From the NCBI GenBank assembly GCA_965198115.1, contig OZ240241.1, positions 7,680,001-7,744,000 of the forward strand: 64,000 nt of DNA, given 5' to 3'. The notes beneath the pieces are model-generated. The model had not been told where the DNA came from, searched no databases, and saw only the letters and a program-made list of their open reading frames with translations. Position numbers and translations under genes: made by a program. Shown in pieces: positions 24,341-36,225 of the stretch; within the stretch, counting starts at the first letter, position 1; every line of letters starts with the position of its first letter. Origin of the DNA: Candidatus Latescibacterota bacterium. GTDB taxonomy: Bacteria > Latescibacterota > UBA2968.

Positions 24341-24399
24341 TGGACGGTCGGGAACTCGGGCATCGGAGCAGAACGGAAAGCCGGGCGTTCCGATAAGCA

Positions 24400-24554
24400 C
24401 CGATCCAAAACCACTACCCAAAACACCCAAAAAGACGCTTGGAAAGGAGGATTGAAAACCCTAAATACACACCCGTCCGAGACCCTGAAATCGCCGCACC
24501 TAAGTGGCTCCATTAGGCCGATCATGACTGGCCTCATTAGGGCGATCATTGACA
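24400..24554 (+). mobile_element. IS21-family right end (homologous to 3868 end)
   Basis: agtggctccattaggccgatcatgactggcctcattagggcgatcattgaca matches the reverse complement of 3868-3920. Confidence 0.7.
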
Positions 24555-24726
24555 TTCGGCGGATTCACCCACATTGTTCTGAGAGCGATGATGGACTACA
24601 GCCGTCCGGCCTACTTCTGCGCTACCCGATTTCCTGATAGGGTCGCTCAACTCAGAATTCTGTCGTGGCTCCCCCGCCACATCTGGTTGGGCCCTCACGT
24701 CACGAGCCACGAGGTGCTGGAAGAGC

Positions 24727-25005
24727 TTGGACTACGTGCCCAAGTTCTTCCGCGAACTCTCCGTGGCGCAGACCGATGGCAGTCTCACCCGCCTGCTCAG
24801 AAAACTGGCACGAGCCGATCTCCTCGTCATCGACGACTGGGGCCTCTCACCCCTCCCGATCAGTATCGACTGTTCCTCGAGATCCTTGATGACCGCTAGG
24901 GCACCGGTGCCACCCTCATCACCAGTCAATACCCGGTCAACACCTGGCACGAACTTGCCGGCGATCCCACCGTGGGCGACGCCATCCTCGACCGACTATA
25001 AGTGA
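24727..25005 (+). pseudogene. istB: IstB ATPase fragment
   Basis: DGSLTRLLRKLARADLLVIDDWGL; ITSQYP and DAILDRL in shifted frame. Confidence 0.8.
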
Positions 25006-25065
25006 GGTGAAGGGGCGACACCCGACCGCGAAAAAGTCTAGGCCAACTGGGTCAAGGAGAAAAGG

Positions 25066-25959
25066 ATGCCTCGTGAGCGTAGGCTGGCCGTAGCACTGTT
25101 CGTTTTGATGACTGCATCCTCGGCATCGGCCTGGTGGGGGGGCGGCCACGACATTCTATCGCAGGCGGCCGTCACAGCCCTACCGGACGAAATGCCCGCC
25201 TTCTTTCGGGCGGGCGCCAGGGGCGTCGCCCACGCGTCCTACGATCCGGACATTTCGAAGAACCGCGACGCCCCGATCGTATCGGCAGCCGAACACGGTG
25301 AGCATTTCCTCGATCTGGAACTGCTGGACGGAAGAGCACTTCCCACCGATCGCTTCACTTTCATCGCGCTCTGCCACGAGTTGGGCCAGAAGCCTGAGGA
25401 GGTAGGATTTCTACCCTATGCCCTGGCCGAATGGACCGAGCGTCTTGCGGTTGCCTTCGCCGAGCATCGGAAGTGGCCGGAGAATCCCTACATCCAGAGC
25501 AAGTGCCTGCTCTACGCGGGCTTCGTCGCACACTATGCGCAGGATCTTTGTCAGCCGCTGCATCTGACGATTCACTTCAACGGTCGTATCGGACCTGATG
25601 GCGAGAAGGTGCACCGAGGCATTCACGAGAAAGTGGACGCCCTTCCGGAGTTTTTCGAGATGTCGCCGGCCGATCTGGCGAAGGGAATCGAGGTCACAGC
25701 TGCCGATTCGCTGATGCCGTCGATCCTGGCTCAGTTCAAGACCGGGTTTGGGCTCGTCGAAGATACCTACGTGCTCGGAGAGCTACTCCCTCGCTACAGC
25801 CAGAAGGGCTGGGAGCCGAACGAAGCCGTTTCCAAGTTCGCGAAGGAGCGTGCGACGGAGTCTGTGCGATTTACGGCATCCTTGTTTTTGACTGCGTGGC
25901 GCCGGTCGGCTGACATCGGGCTTCACGGATGGCTCGACCGCTCGGTGGACACGAAGTAG
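25066..25959 (+). CDS. Secreted S1/P1 nuclease / zinc phospholipase C family protein
   Basis: Signal peptide then W-W-G-G-G-H; HFLDLE, HYAQDLCQPLH, HEKVD zinc ligands. Confidence 0.82.
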   Translation: MPRERRLAVALFVLMTASSASAWWGGGHDILSQAAVTALPDEMPAFFRAGARGVAHASYDPDISKNRDAPIVSAAEHGEHFLDLELLDGRALPTDRFTFIALCHELGQKPEEVGFLPYALAEWTERLAVAFAEHRKWPENPYIQSKCLLYAGFVAHYAQDLCQPLHLTIHFNGRIGPDGEKVHRGIHEKVDALPEFFEMSPADLAKGIEVTAADSLMPSILAQFKTGFGLVEDTYVLGELLPRYSQKGWEPNEAVSKFAKERATESVRFTASLFLTAWRRSADIGLHGWLDRSVDTK

Positions 25960-26931
25960 ATGTACGCGCGTGAAACGGATGTTGCACTGGCATCAGTGAG
26001 GGAGGCAGCCGGTCTTTGCGAGCGCGTTCGAGAGGAGCTCACGGCCGGCTTTGCGATCGAAAAGCCCGACAACAGCCCCGTGACGGTGGCCGACTTCGGG
26101 TCGCAGGCTCTGATCTGCCGACGGCTGGCAGAGGCGTTCCCCGAGGATTCGATCGTCGCAGAGGAAAGTGCTGCGGATCTGGAGAAGCCGGAATACGGTG
26201 GGTTGATGTCGGCCGTGCGATCGCACGTGATGGCGTGTGGGTATGGTGCGAGCGATGAAGTCGTTCGCGGATGGATCGATCGAGGAACCGGCGACGTGGC
26301 GGACCGATACTGGACGATCGATCCGATCGACGGAACCAAAGGGTTTCTACAACGCGACCAGTATGCGGTTGCGCTGGCGTTGGTCGTCGGTAGTCAGGTC
26401 GTGGTCGCGGCTCTTGCGTGCCCCGCACTCAAGACGAGGAATCGAACGGGTGCGATGTTTCTCGCAGTCAGGAATGAAGGCGCCTGGCCGATTTCTCCAG
26501 ATGACAGACGCCAACGCATCGAGGTCACGGTCGAGCCGTCGCCGGCGTCTTGGCGATTCGTCGAGAGCGTCGAGTCCTCGCACGGGAACCCCGATCTTCA
26601 GTCGGCGGTCGCCAGGGCAGCGGCGATCGAGGCGCCGTCGCTTCGGATGGATAGTCAGGCTAAATACGCGGCCGTCGCGCGAGGTGACGCGGTTCTGTAT
26701 CTGCGACTGCCCCCGAGCGACGGACCCTACACCGAGAAGATCTGGGATCACGCGGCCGGATCGCTGATCGTGGAGGAGGCGGGGGGACGTGTTACGGATA
26801 TGTATGGCGATCCCCTCGATTTTCGGGCCGGTTCACGGATGCGGCAGAATCAGGGTGTGATCGTGAGCAACGGGCAAATTCACGACCGGGTGATCGAGGC
26901 CCTGGCGAAGCTGGCCGGAACGGCGATCTGA
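25960..26931 (+). CDS. 3'(2'),5'-bisphosphate nucleotidase, HAL2/SAL1-like (inositol monophosphatase family)
   Basis: SPVTVADFGSQA, AEES, DPIDGTKGF, DSQAKY, EKIWDHAAG. Confidence 0.9.
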   Translation: MYARETDVALASVREAAGLCERVREELTAGFAIEKPDNSPVTVADFGSQALICRRLAEAFPEDSIVAEESAADLEKPEYGGLMSAVRSHVMACGYGASDEVVRGWIDRGTGDVADRYWTIDPIDGTKGFLQRDQYAVALALVVGSQVVVAALACPALKTRNRTGAMFLAVRNEGAWPISPDDRRQRIEVTVEPSPASWRFVESVESSHGNPDLQSAVARAAAIEAPSLRMDSQAKYAAVARGDAVLYLRLPPSDGPYTEKIWDHAAGSLIVEEAGGRVTDMYGDPLDFRAGSRMRQNQGVIVSNGQIHDRVIEALAKLAGTAI

Positions 26932-26941
26932 GGCCGCGGTC

Positions 26942-27691
26942 GTGATTCGGGACTTCTCGTCGGTCGTGGATCGGATTCGGGCGCTGGATGGACTTCAATC
27001 GCGTGTGCTGGACGAAGTGGCAGGGTATCCGGTCATCGCTGTCGAGACTTTGTCAGATGAAGGCCAGCCGGCAGTTTTTATCAACGGGGGCACACACGGT
27101 GATGAGCCGGCCGGTGTCGAGGCTGCGCTGACGTTTCTGGAAGACGCGATTGTTCGATGGGGTCGGCACTTTCGTTTGACCGTCGTTCCGTGTCTCTGTC
27201 CCTTCGCCTGGGTCGCCGATCAGCGTCTGAACGCCCAGGATGTGGACATTAACTGGGCGTTTCTGCGCGACGACGTGCCAGAAATCGCCTGCGTCAAGAA
27301 GGTGGTTTCCAATCAGCGTTTCCGATGCGTCCTGGATCTTCACGAGGATTGGGAAAGCCCGGGCTATTACCTTTATGAGCAGTACAGGTTGAAGTCGATC
27401 GGTCGCTCGATCACCGATCGTGTTCGAACGGTCTGCCCGGTCGATTCCCGGACTTGCATCGAAGGAGAGGATGCTGTCGCGGGCGTGATTCATCCCAATA
27501 TGGACGTTCCCAAGCGACGCGATGGAAGTGGTATCCCGATCTCCCTGTTCAGGAACGAACACACCGAGACCATGATCACCTCGGAGTCACCCAGTCGTCT
27601 GGCGCTCGACATCCGTGTGCGTGCTCATCTGATGGCCCTGGAAGCCGCTTTGGAGCAGCACCTCGATGAGGCGCATCGGATCGATGCGTAG
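26942..27691 (+). CDS. M14 / succinylglutamate desuccinylase-aspartoacylase family hydrolase
   Basis: GGTHGDEPAG, DIN, DLHED, terminal SESP. Confidence 0.85.
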   Translation: MIRDFSSVVDRIRALDGLQSRVLDEVAGYPVIAVETLSDEGQPAVFINGGTHGDEPAGVEAALTFLEDAIVRWGRHFRLTVVPCLCPFAWVADQRLNAQDVDINWAFLRDDVPEIACVKKVVSNQRFRCVLDLHEDWESPGYYLYEQYRLKSIGRSITDRVRTVCPVDSRTCIEGEDAVAGVIHPNMDVPKRRDGSGIPISLFRNEHTETMITSESPSRLALDIRVRAHLMALEAALEQHLDEAHRIDA

Positions 27692-27980
27692 GGATTTCGA
27701 ACGTGCTCGGGAACGCCCGGCGTACACGATCAAGGCGGATGCTGCGGTCGAACCGGAGCTGACACGCGAGGATTGGCAGGATCTTCGGCGTGGGGCCGAG
27801 CTTTTCAACGGTGCGCCGATCGATGGACTCATCAAAGAAAACCAAACAGATCTCGACCTGACCCCCTTTGAGGTTACGGCGCAGGATTTCCAAAAGGCCC
27901 TTGAGACCATGGGCGGTTCCGGCTCCAGGACCCTCTCCCAGATGCGACCCTAAAATGGACAGGGCAGCACAGATAAATAG

Positions 27981-28302
27981 GGCTCTATCCGGGTTTCTCA
28001 ACGGTGAAACTATAGAATGACAAGGTCATAGATCGTTCCCTACGCTTGGTTGTGTGTGTAGGACAATCAAAGCGAAGGGGGTGCGACCTATGACCGGGAG
28101 CAGATTACTATCGAAACTGCTGAGATTCAAGGGGTTCCGTGTTGTCAGCTGGTGGTTTGAGGGGAGAAGCTGTTTCGTCATCGCCGTAAAGCCCCATAAG
28201 AATGGTTGTTGTTGTCCGGAGTGCGGCCGTCGAGGTAAAATCGTCCGCACAATGCCCCATCCGCGTCGGTGGCGTGACATTCCGGTGTGCGGGTGGAGGG
28301 TC
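27981..28302 (+). mobile_element. ISL3 5' fragment
   Basis: Near identical to 30289-30612; ends abruptly. Confidence 0.9.
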
Positions 28303-28589
28303 AGATACACGGATCCCTTCTGGCTTCCCCACCGACGATGCGCCTGCTCCGAACCTTTGCGCGCATACCGAACGCCTGCGAGCTGCTCGACCTCCTGCTG
28401 GAGGAGGTCTGCCACTGCCTCCAGACCCAACGGGATCAACGCCTGGATCACCGACAAACGCGTCTCCAAATCGATGACATCGCCCTCAACCTTGACTTCA
28501 CCATCGCCTGCAAATAGCTTCTCCATCTGGGCTCCTTTCTTACGGGTATACGCTCCTACACGTCTACCCAACGTAAGTTTGGAGCCCTC
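28303..28589 (-). mobile_element. IS256 type A 5' fragment
   Basis: Near identical to ~13545-13833. Confidence 0.9.
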
Positions 28590-29857
28590 TAAGTGCATGG
28601 TTTCATAAACATTATTACGTATGTTCTGAACATTATTTGTAGCTTATGTTCTCCTTCAAAAGGAGGAGAACAATGCCAAGACGTTCGCCTTATGTGGTGC
28701 TACTGTCTGAGAAGGAACGGGTCGACCTCGAGCGAATGGCTGGACAATATACGTTACCGTATTATCAAGTGATCCGATCGAAAATCGTGCTTCTCGCCGC
28801 CGAGGGATTATCCAACAAGATTATCGCCCAACGGTTGGATGTCCCGCGTCCGATCGTAAGCAAATGGCGTAAGCGCTTTTTCGAAGAGCGTCTTTCGGGA
28901 CTCGAAGATAGATCTCGTCCCGGGCGCCCGCCCGGTTTTCCCCCCTCAGGTGGTCGTTCAGATCAAGGCGCTGGCGTGTGAACTACCGAGCGAGAGCGGG
29001 ATACCGCTCTCGCGGTTCAGCTGTTCCGAGATTGCCGCCGAGGCAGTGCAAAGGGGCTTCGTTGCCAAGATCAGCGGCGCCACTGTCTGGCGCTGGTTGA
29101 ACGAGGACGCGATTCGTCCTTGGTATCATCGCTCCTGGATTTTCCCACGGGACCCGGACTTCCAAACCAAAGCAGGTAGAGTCCTTGATCTGTATCACCG
29201 CCAATGGCAAGGAAAGCCTTTAGGGCCGAGGGAATATGTACTTTCTGCCGACGAAAAGACCAGTATTCAAGCACGAGCTCGCAAGCACGTTACCCTACCG
29301 CCAGCCTCGAACAGAGCGGCACGCGTTGAAACACGAATACGAGCGGAAAGGAGCCCTGGCCTATCTGGCTGCTCTCGACGTGCACAATGGTCGAATCTTC
29401 GGTCTCTGTGAGTCTTCTTCGGGTATCGAGCCCTTCAACCGGCTCCTGAGCCTGATCATGAGCCGGAAACCCTATTGCTCGGCAAAGAAAGTCTACCTCA
29501 TCGTGGATAATGGCTCCTCGCACCGAGGGCAAACATGCATCGACCGTATCCAGGGGAAGTGGCCAAACATCCACCCCGTTCACCTTCCGATCCACGCAAG
29601 CTGGCTCAATCAGATCGAGATCTACTTCTCGATCCTCAAACGCAAGGCTCTGACACCTATCGAATTTGCATCGCTCGAAGAGCTTGAGGCAAGAATCCTC
29701 GGTTTTCAGGAACGCTACGGACGTATCGCCACACCCTTCAAATGGAAGTTCACACGAACAGATCTCGCGGAGATGATCGACAAACTCAGGTTCTACGATA
29801 CGCCCTTGGCAAAGTCTGCTTAGAATACGTCACCGTATTTGAGAACAGGAGTACTTA
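28590..29857 (+). mobile_element. IS630-family element (HTH + DDE; slippery TTTTCCCCCC near 28936, extra frameshift near 29325)
   Basis: TA-flanked ends ctaagtgcatgg / gagtacttag; SADEKTSIQ, VDNGSSH, HASWLNQIE. Confidence 0.88.
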
Positions 29858-32714
29858 GTCGCGTGTCGAGTTGGTCCATGACGCGGTGAAGCTCGCCCAT
29901 GACATCGCGGTTGAAATCCTCGGGCAGGCTCCGACCTTCGACGAGTTGATCGATTAGGTCAGACTTGGTTTCCAGCACGGTACGGACGAATTCCTCGACC
30001 GTACCGGTTCCTACCATATAGGTGACATTGACCGCTTGTGTCTGGCCGATACGATAAGCTCGATCCTCGGCCTGCCAATGATTGGAAGGTTGCCAGTCGA
30101 GGTCGTTGAACACGACCTGGCGTGCAGCGGTGAGGTTCAGGCCGATGCCGCCCGCGACGATATTGGCGGCGAGGACGCGAACGTTGTCGTCATCCTGAAA
30201 GCGGTCGGCGATGCCCTGCCTTTGAGCGGTCGGTGTGTTGCCCGAGATGGAAACGGCCAGATCGCCGAATTTCTTCTGGATGATTTTTGGCTCTATCCGG
30301 GTTTCTCAACGGTGAAACTATAGAATGACAAGGTCATAGATCGTTCCCTACGCTTGGTTGTGTGTGTAGGACAATCAAAGCGAAGGGGGTGCGACCTATG
30401 ACCGGGAGCAGATTACTATCGAAACTGCTGAGATTCAAGGGGTTCCGTGTTGTCAGCTGGTGGTTTGAGGGGAGAAGCTGTTTCGTCATCGCCGTAAAGC
30501 CACATAAGAATGGTTGTGTTGTTGTCCGGAGTGCGGCCGTCGAGGTAAAATCGTCCGCACAATGCCCCATCCGCGTCGGTGGCGTGACATTCCGGTGTGC
30601 GGGTGGAGGGTCTGGCTTCTCTACCATCCTCGGGAGATTCGGTGTCCTACCCACGGTCGTGTGGTCGAGGAGATTCCGTGGGCGGAGCGGTTCTCTCGGG
30701 TGACGTATCGCTTCGAGTATGCCATGCTGCGCTACTGCCAGACCATGACGCAGAAGGCGGCGTCCGAGTTGCTGCGCATCTCTGCCTCGACGCTGTCGGA
30801 TCTCCTTCACCGATCCATCACGCGGCTTCGTGAAGGTCATCGTATCCGAGGGCTCAAAACCATCGGGATCGACGAGATCTCCTACGCCAAGCGTCACAGG
30901 TACGCCACGCTCGTTTACGATCTGGACCGCTCCTGCGTGGTGTGGGTTGGCCGCGGCAGGGCGCGTAAAACGATCGATCGGTTCTTCACAGAGGCTCTCA
31001 GTCCCTACCAGAGATCCAAGATCGAGTGGGCCTGCTGCGACATGAGCGAAGCTTGAAGCTTACATCGGAGCCATCCAGGAACACTGTCCGAATGCCAAGC
31101 TGGTCCTCGATCGCTTTCACATCGTCAAGGCTCTCAATGCCGCCGTTGACGAGGTCCGTAAGGACCAGTGGCGTAAAGCTGCCCCGGATGAGCGCAAAGC
31201 CATGAAGGGCCTCCGATGGCTCCTCTACCGGCACTCAGCGACACGCTCCAGAGGGGATACTCGGACACTCAAAGCACTGGAGAAGGCGAACTACCGAATC
31301 TATAGAGCCTGGAGACTCAAGGACGAGTTCGAGCAGTTCTGGGAATACAAAGCGCCCTGGGCTGCCGAACGCTTCCTGAAATGCTGGACGACGTCCGCAC
31401 TCAGAAGTCGACTTGAACCCCTGCGAAAGTTCGTCAGGACCCTGCGACAGCACTTCTTCGGCGTCCTCGCATTCGTGAACACGCGTCTTACCAACGCCAT
31501 CGCCGAAGGCCTCAACCGAATCGTCCAAATCGTCAAGAACCGAGCCAGCGGATTCCGCACACTCGACGCATTCAACGATATGATCTTCCTTACCGTCGGA
31601 GACATAAACATCCCTGAGCAGATTCCGAAGAGGTTCCGCACACTCTAACCGCGCCCCCATGCCAGGAACCACGGCACCTTCACCCACTTCATCTCGTTGA
31701 GAGATCCGGATATAGCCTGATTTTTACGGGCTGCACGAAGCAGGAGAAGACGAGGACTTTTTCGCCCTGCTCGACGACGTCTTCGATGAAGGGAATCGTG
31801 CTGCGAACTTTGCTCGTCGCTAGTGCCCTTCGGGCCGAACTAAGCCTGCCGAGGATCCGGCCCTGACGCGACCGGCGTTCCTCGGTTTCCTCTTCTTCGC
31901 GATCTGCGCCGTCACCCCGTCTTGCGCCAAGCGCTTCCATCACGGCCTCGCTCATCCGCTTTGCGACGTTGCTTTTGACTTCGACATCGATCCAGCTACG
32001 AATCTTCGGAGGCAAGTCCAGAACCTTGTTCTTCGTCCGTCGCAGCATGATGCCGTGGAGTTGAACGGTCAGTTCTTCGATGTTGCTGGCACCGGTTGCC
32101 TGCCAGCCGTACTCCGTTCGGACACCCTCGCAATACCGACGTGCAAAGCTGACAAAGCTGCGCCCGAGTGAATGGTTTGCGAGTTGGAGCAGCGGAAAGA
32201 GATCGCGAGGGCGATTCGTGAGCGGGGTTCCCGTGAGCATATGCACGGGCAGATCATCCGAAACGTGTTCCATCAGCTGACGGGCATACCGGTGCCGCTG
32301 ACTGCGATGGTTCTTCAGGTAGTGCGCTTCATCGAAGACGACACCCCGCCAGGAGTGGGCCATCAGAACGGCGAGATGTTTTTTGAGGATGTCGTAGTTG
32401 ATGATGACCCAACCACGATAGCCGATTGGGGGAGGGGGTGGGGGACCGACGATGACCGTCTCTGCTTCCCGCCGAACAATGAAGATTTCGCGTTCCCAGT
32501 TGCGTTTGACCGTTGCAGGGCAGACGACGAGGTAGGGGCCCGTCTCCGACGCGTGATGCATCGCCAGGATCGATTGGCGTGTCTTGCCCAACCCCATGTC
32601 GTCGGCGAGGATCGCCCGGTGTCGTGCGAGGAGAAACGCGATCCCCTCGATCTGGTGGGGATACAAACCAGCGGATAGGTCTTCAGCTTCGCGGATGTGG
32701 GGAGAATCTGACAT
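29858..32714 (-). pseudogene. SNF2/SMARCAL1-like helicase interrupted by ISL3 and truncated by IS630
   Basis: LADDMGLGKT, DEAH, LTGTP; downstream part QAEDRAYRIGQ; TSD shows the two parts were contiguous. Confidence 0.88.
30289..31717 (+). mobile_element. ISL3-family element, transposase frameshifted
   Basis: Ends ggctctatccgg / ccggatatagcc, 8-bp TSD TGATTTTT; CPECG zinc finger, GIDEIS, CDMS, DRFH, TNAIAEGLN. Confidence 0.93.
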
Positions 32715-33061
32715 TGGGAGACTGCTGATCGACCAGTGCACTTTCTGACCCCGAAGGGGCACACATCTTAGACCTGGGCCCGAAATCGCTCGATGACACC
32801 ATCTGATCTGTCGTCGGACGTCGAGAGCAGAAACCGGGCCCCTCGGATCTCCGTTGCAACACATTGAAAGGTCGTCGGCGCTGAGGGCGCCGCAATTCTT
32901 AGCCCAGGTCGCAGCCCTGGGCTTGCGATACAGGATGATGTCGTCTGATCCGCCGTCAGAACGCCACGGGCAGAAACCCAGCCCACGGATCTAGGTTGCA
33001 AATTAGGCACACGGCTCCGGAGTTTATCCCGAGCGAAGCCGAGGAGTGTAGTCCGTGGTTC

Positions 33062-33463
33062 CTATGTTTTCAGCCTTTCCATTGCCTCCCCATACGTCTT
33101 GATCTCGAGCTCGTTTCCGTCTGGGTCATTGAAATAGGTCGCGAGTCCATCTCCCTGGGCGCCTCGATTGACGGTCGGGCCACGAAGAATGAGATCGTCG
33201 TCCCGCAGACGATTCAGGACCTGCTCGTAATGATCACCTTCGAGATAAAAGGCCGTATGATCGGTGCCGAACGCCGTACCCTCTGGCACCGATTCGTTCT
33301 TCTCGCGACAGAAGAGAACGAGCAACGCCTCTCCGACTCGAAACACTGCCTGCGTCCCCTTCTCCGCCCGACTGACAAGCTCGAGCCCTATCGTGTCCGT
33401 GTAGAACACAGTAGCCCGATCGAGATTGGTTACCCGCAACGCAACGTGATCGAATGAAGCCAT
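33062..33463 (-). CDS. VOC/glyoxalase family protein
   Basis: DHVALRV, FYTDTIG, DHTAF, YFNDPDGNELE. Confidence 0.9.
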   Translation of the reverse strand: MASFDHVALRVTNLDRATVFYTDTIGLELVSRAEKGTQAVFRVGEALLVLFCREKNESVPEGTAFGTDHTAFYLEGDHYEQVLNRLRDDDLILRGPTVNRGAQGDGLATYFNDPDGNELEIKTYGEAMERLKT

Positions 33464-33519
33464 ACCCAGCTCCCCTTTGTGGCTGACTCAGACTCAATCG
33501 ATAGAGACTCACGGGACCT

Positions 33520-34230
33520 TCAATCCCATTTCCACTGCTGCCCGAGCGGCGTCAGCACGAGCTCGTCGATGCAGACGCCCGATGGTTGGTCGAGGATGTA
33601 CCGCACGGCGTCGGCGACTTCCTTTCGACTGAGGCGGTCGCGTCGATTCTCGACCCAGAGCTTGTCTCTGGATGGCTGTGGGATTTCCGCGTTGGCGGTG
33701 AGTCCGAGTGTCAGGAGGGTGACGTGTGACGCGGCCTCCCATCGGAGGCTTTCGCACATGCCGCGGGTGGCCGATTCGACGGCGGTATAAATCACAGGCG
33801 GACGCTGACGAATGTAAGCCTGGAGGCCGTTGATATGGATGACCCGACTTTGATTGCGTGACTCGAGATGCGGCACGATGGCGCGTGTCATCTGGAGTGC
33901 GCCCTGGACGTCGGTTCGGATGAAGCGCTCGAGTTCGTTGGGTGGGATTTCACTGAGAAGACCGTCGACCCAGTAGCCGGCCGCATGGACCAGGGCGTCG
34001 AGGTGACCGAAAGCGGATACGCCGGCCTCGACGGCGGACACACAGTCTTCCCATATGCCGACGTCACCGGCGGATACGATGGCAGGACCGTCACATCGTT
34101 CCGCGAGTGCCTCGAGACGGTCCTTGCGCCGGGCCTGCAGAACGACGTGATGGCCGGTCGACGCGAGGGATTCAGCGATGTGTTCGCCGATGCCAGAGCT
34201 CGCACCGGTGACGAGAACGTTCATACGCAC
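33520..34230 (-). CDS. Short-chain dehydrogenase/reductase (atypical catalytic residues)
   Basis: TGASSGIG, GDV, HAAG; YTAVE in place of YxxxK. Confidence 0.85.
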   Translation of the reverse strand: MRMNVLVTGASSGIGEHIAESLASTGHHVVLQARRKDRLEALAERCDGPAIVSAGDVGIWEDCVSAVEAGVSAFGHLDALVHAAGYWVDGLLSEIPPNELERFIRTDVQGALQMTRAIVPHLESRNQSRVIHINGLQAYIRQRPPVIYTAVESATRGMCESLRWEAASHVTLLTLGLTANAEIPQPSRDKLWVENRRDRLSRKEVADAVRYILDQPSGVCIDELVLTPLGQQWKWD

Positions 34231-34241
34231 GAGTCCGTCTG

Positions 34242-34877
34242 TTACACACCGCGTGCATTGCGGATGGCCAGGTCCCGCTCGTTAAGATGCGGGACGACGT
34301 CGGCCAGGAATTGGGATAGCAGCTGGTCGGGTGTGAGATCGGAGGTGTCGATCTGGAGCTTGCGCTTGAACCAGCACTGACCGAATTCGCGCTGGAATTC
34401 AGCCTGGCATTCCTCGATGTCCGATTCCGGGACGACCGGATACTCGTGCGGGTCGTCCTTCATGCGCTGTTTGATGATCTCCGGGCTGGCCGTGAGAAGG
34501 CACATAATGCTGTCTTTGGGCATGCCCTCTTCCCACGCTCTGGGTGTTTCCGCAACTCGCCCGATTTCGGGGTAGTAGTAGCGAGGACCGTAGATGACTT
34601 CCTCGATGTGGAACCCGCCCAGGAGGATGTTTTCATACTTGTTGATGAGGCGAACGTGATAAGCCACCTGGAAGCGTTGAAACCGCTCTTTGAGGACACC
34701 GGGCAACCCGACCATGATTTTTTGATGCTCTTCCGATTTCAACATCTGTCGATCGGGAATCGAAAAGTGATCGTCCAGATGGTGGCGAACCCCCAACTTC
34801 TCACCCGCCCACACTTGAATCGCATCGATGAGAGTGGTTTTGCCGGTGTATTCCGTTCCGATCACGATGAGTCTCAT
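34242..34877 (-). CDS. P-loop nucleotide-kinase-like protein
   Basis: MRLIVIGTEYTGKTT Walker A; LLTASPEIIKQR; IDTS. Confidence 0.7.
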   Translation of the reverse strand: MRLIVIGTEYTGKTTLIDAIQVWAGEKLGVRHHLDDHFSIPDRQMLKSEEHQKIMVGLPGVLKERFQRFQVAYHVRLINKYENILLGGFHIEEVIYGPRYYYPEIGRVAETPRAWEEGMPKDSIMCLLTASPEIIKQRMKDDPHEYPVVPESDIEECQAEFQREFGQCWFKRKLQIDTSDLTPDQLLSQFLADVVPHLNERDLAIRNARGV

Positions 34878-35138
34878 GGTTCCTCCCTCTGTAACTGCTC
34901 GCGTGGGTAGATGCCCGCTCATCCTGAGTAGCGACATCATGAACGTGTTTCGTTCAATGCTGTAGTGTAGGAAACAGTCTCGCGTATCGAAGGACGAGCG
35001 GTCTGTGGGCAATGTCCACCGTTCGCCCTTCGATATGGGGATTACAGCGGTTCGTTAGCGTTAGCACCAATGAGATTCCTCGATACCCCTACTCAGGATG
35101 AACGGTGCCCAGCGAAGTAAGCCAAAACACTCATCCCT

Positions 35139-35821
35139 TTACTGATAAAACACCTCCGCATTATGGATCGGGGCGTAGCCAATCTCTTCTCGCGGAATCT
35201 CGATGTCGAAGATATTGTAGTTGTTGTCAGAGACGACGAAGTAGTGGGCGCCGCTTCGGAGCGTTCCGTTGACGTGTGACGTGTAGCAGGCGTGGACGAA
35301 CCTCGCCGCGTCCTCCTGGTGCAGCCAGAGCGCGAAGTAGCCGTGTTCCTCGCGCATTTCGTTATCCTTGTTGACGCCGCCCCAGCGGGCGGCAACAGCC
35401 CCGTGGCCTCGATCGGCCAGTTTCTGACACCAGTCTTCGACGTGGGCTTTTTCACGGCCGTAATCGCTTGTAGGACAGGCGGGTATGGTTGCAAGGACGC
35501 GATCCGGAGGTTCATCATAGGCGGAGAAATTGCGATTCGCCCACTCCGCCCAGGTGCCTTCGTGCACGCTGTATGCGCCATCGCACGAGTGAACCGAACT
35601 GGCCGCCACGACCATGGGCACTGGGTCCCGTGCGAGTACGGTTTCAAACACGAGATCGGTCATCGCGTTCATCGCATCGTGCGGGTTCTTTCTCGCGAGG
35701 TAGACAACGAGATCGGCACCAACCATCTGCTCGGCGAACCGGCCGGGTTCTTCCGTGATGTCGAGATCGACGAAATTCCTCTGCGCGTCAGGCTGGGTCG
35801 CCCTGTCCTCCGCCTCCGGAA
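35139..35821 (-). pseudogene. NAD-dependent epimerase/uronate dehydrogenase-like, 5' truncated
   Basis: AASSVH, YGREKA, WLHQEDA, EIGYAP; N-terminus replaced by IS256 fragment. Confidence 0.75.
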
Positions 35822-36216
35822 GGTCAAAACCTGTCGAACCGTCTCTGGCGCTTTCTGACGATCTGGGGCTCGAACTCACCATTGCGGTCCCGAGGCACTT
35901 CGATCGGGATCGCACCACGGTCGGTCTTCAGTGTCTTCGGAGTCTTGCCGTTGCGGGAGTTACCACTGTTCTTACCGTCAGAATCGTGCTTCTCGTAGCC
36001 CAGGTGGTCGGTTATCTCGCTTTCGAGCATCCGCTCCACCAGCCCGGCAGTCAGTTGCTTCAGCAGACCTTTCTCGCCCAGTAGGTCATCGGGACCGTCA
36101 CAGTTCTTGATCAGCTCATCGAGGAGACGATCGACTTCAGCATTCCTGGCCATAGAACCTCCTGTTTCTTCACTATAGGATTCTATCACCAGTTACACGG
36201 TTAATCTTACACACTC
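35822..36216 (-). mobile_element. IS256 type C, 5' part with terminal repeat
   Basis: GLLKQLT..HLGYEKH..NSRNG..VPRDRNGEFEP; end tcaccagttacacggttaatcttacacactc complements 15044 end. Confidence 0.85.
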
Positions 36217-36225
36217 GGACGCACG

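Noticed and set aside
28054-28608. 184-aa ORF as novel gene
   Set aside because: Chimera of ISL3 N-terminus and antisense IS256 sequence
31048-31061. TGA in ISL3 transposase as selenocysteine or readthrough
   Set aside because: Created by a 7-bp GAAGCTT duplication that also shifts the frame
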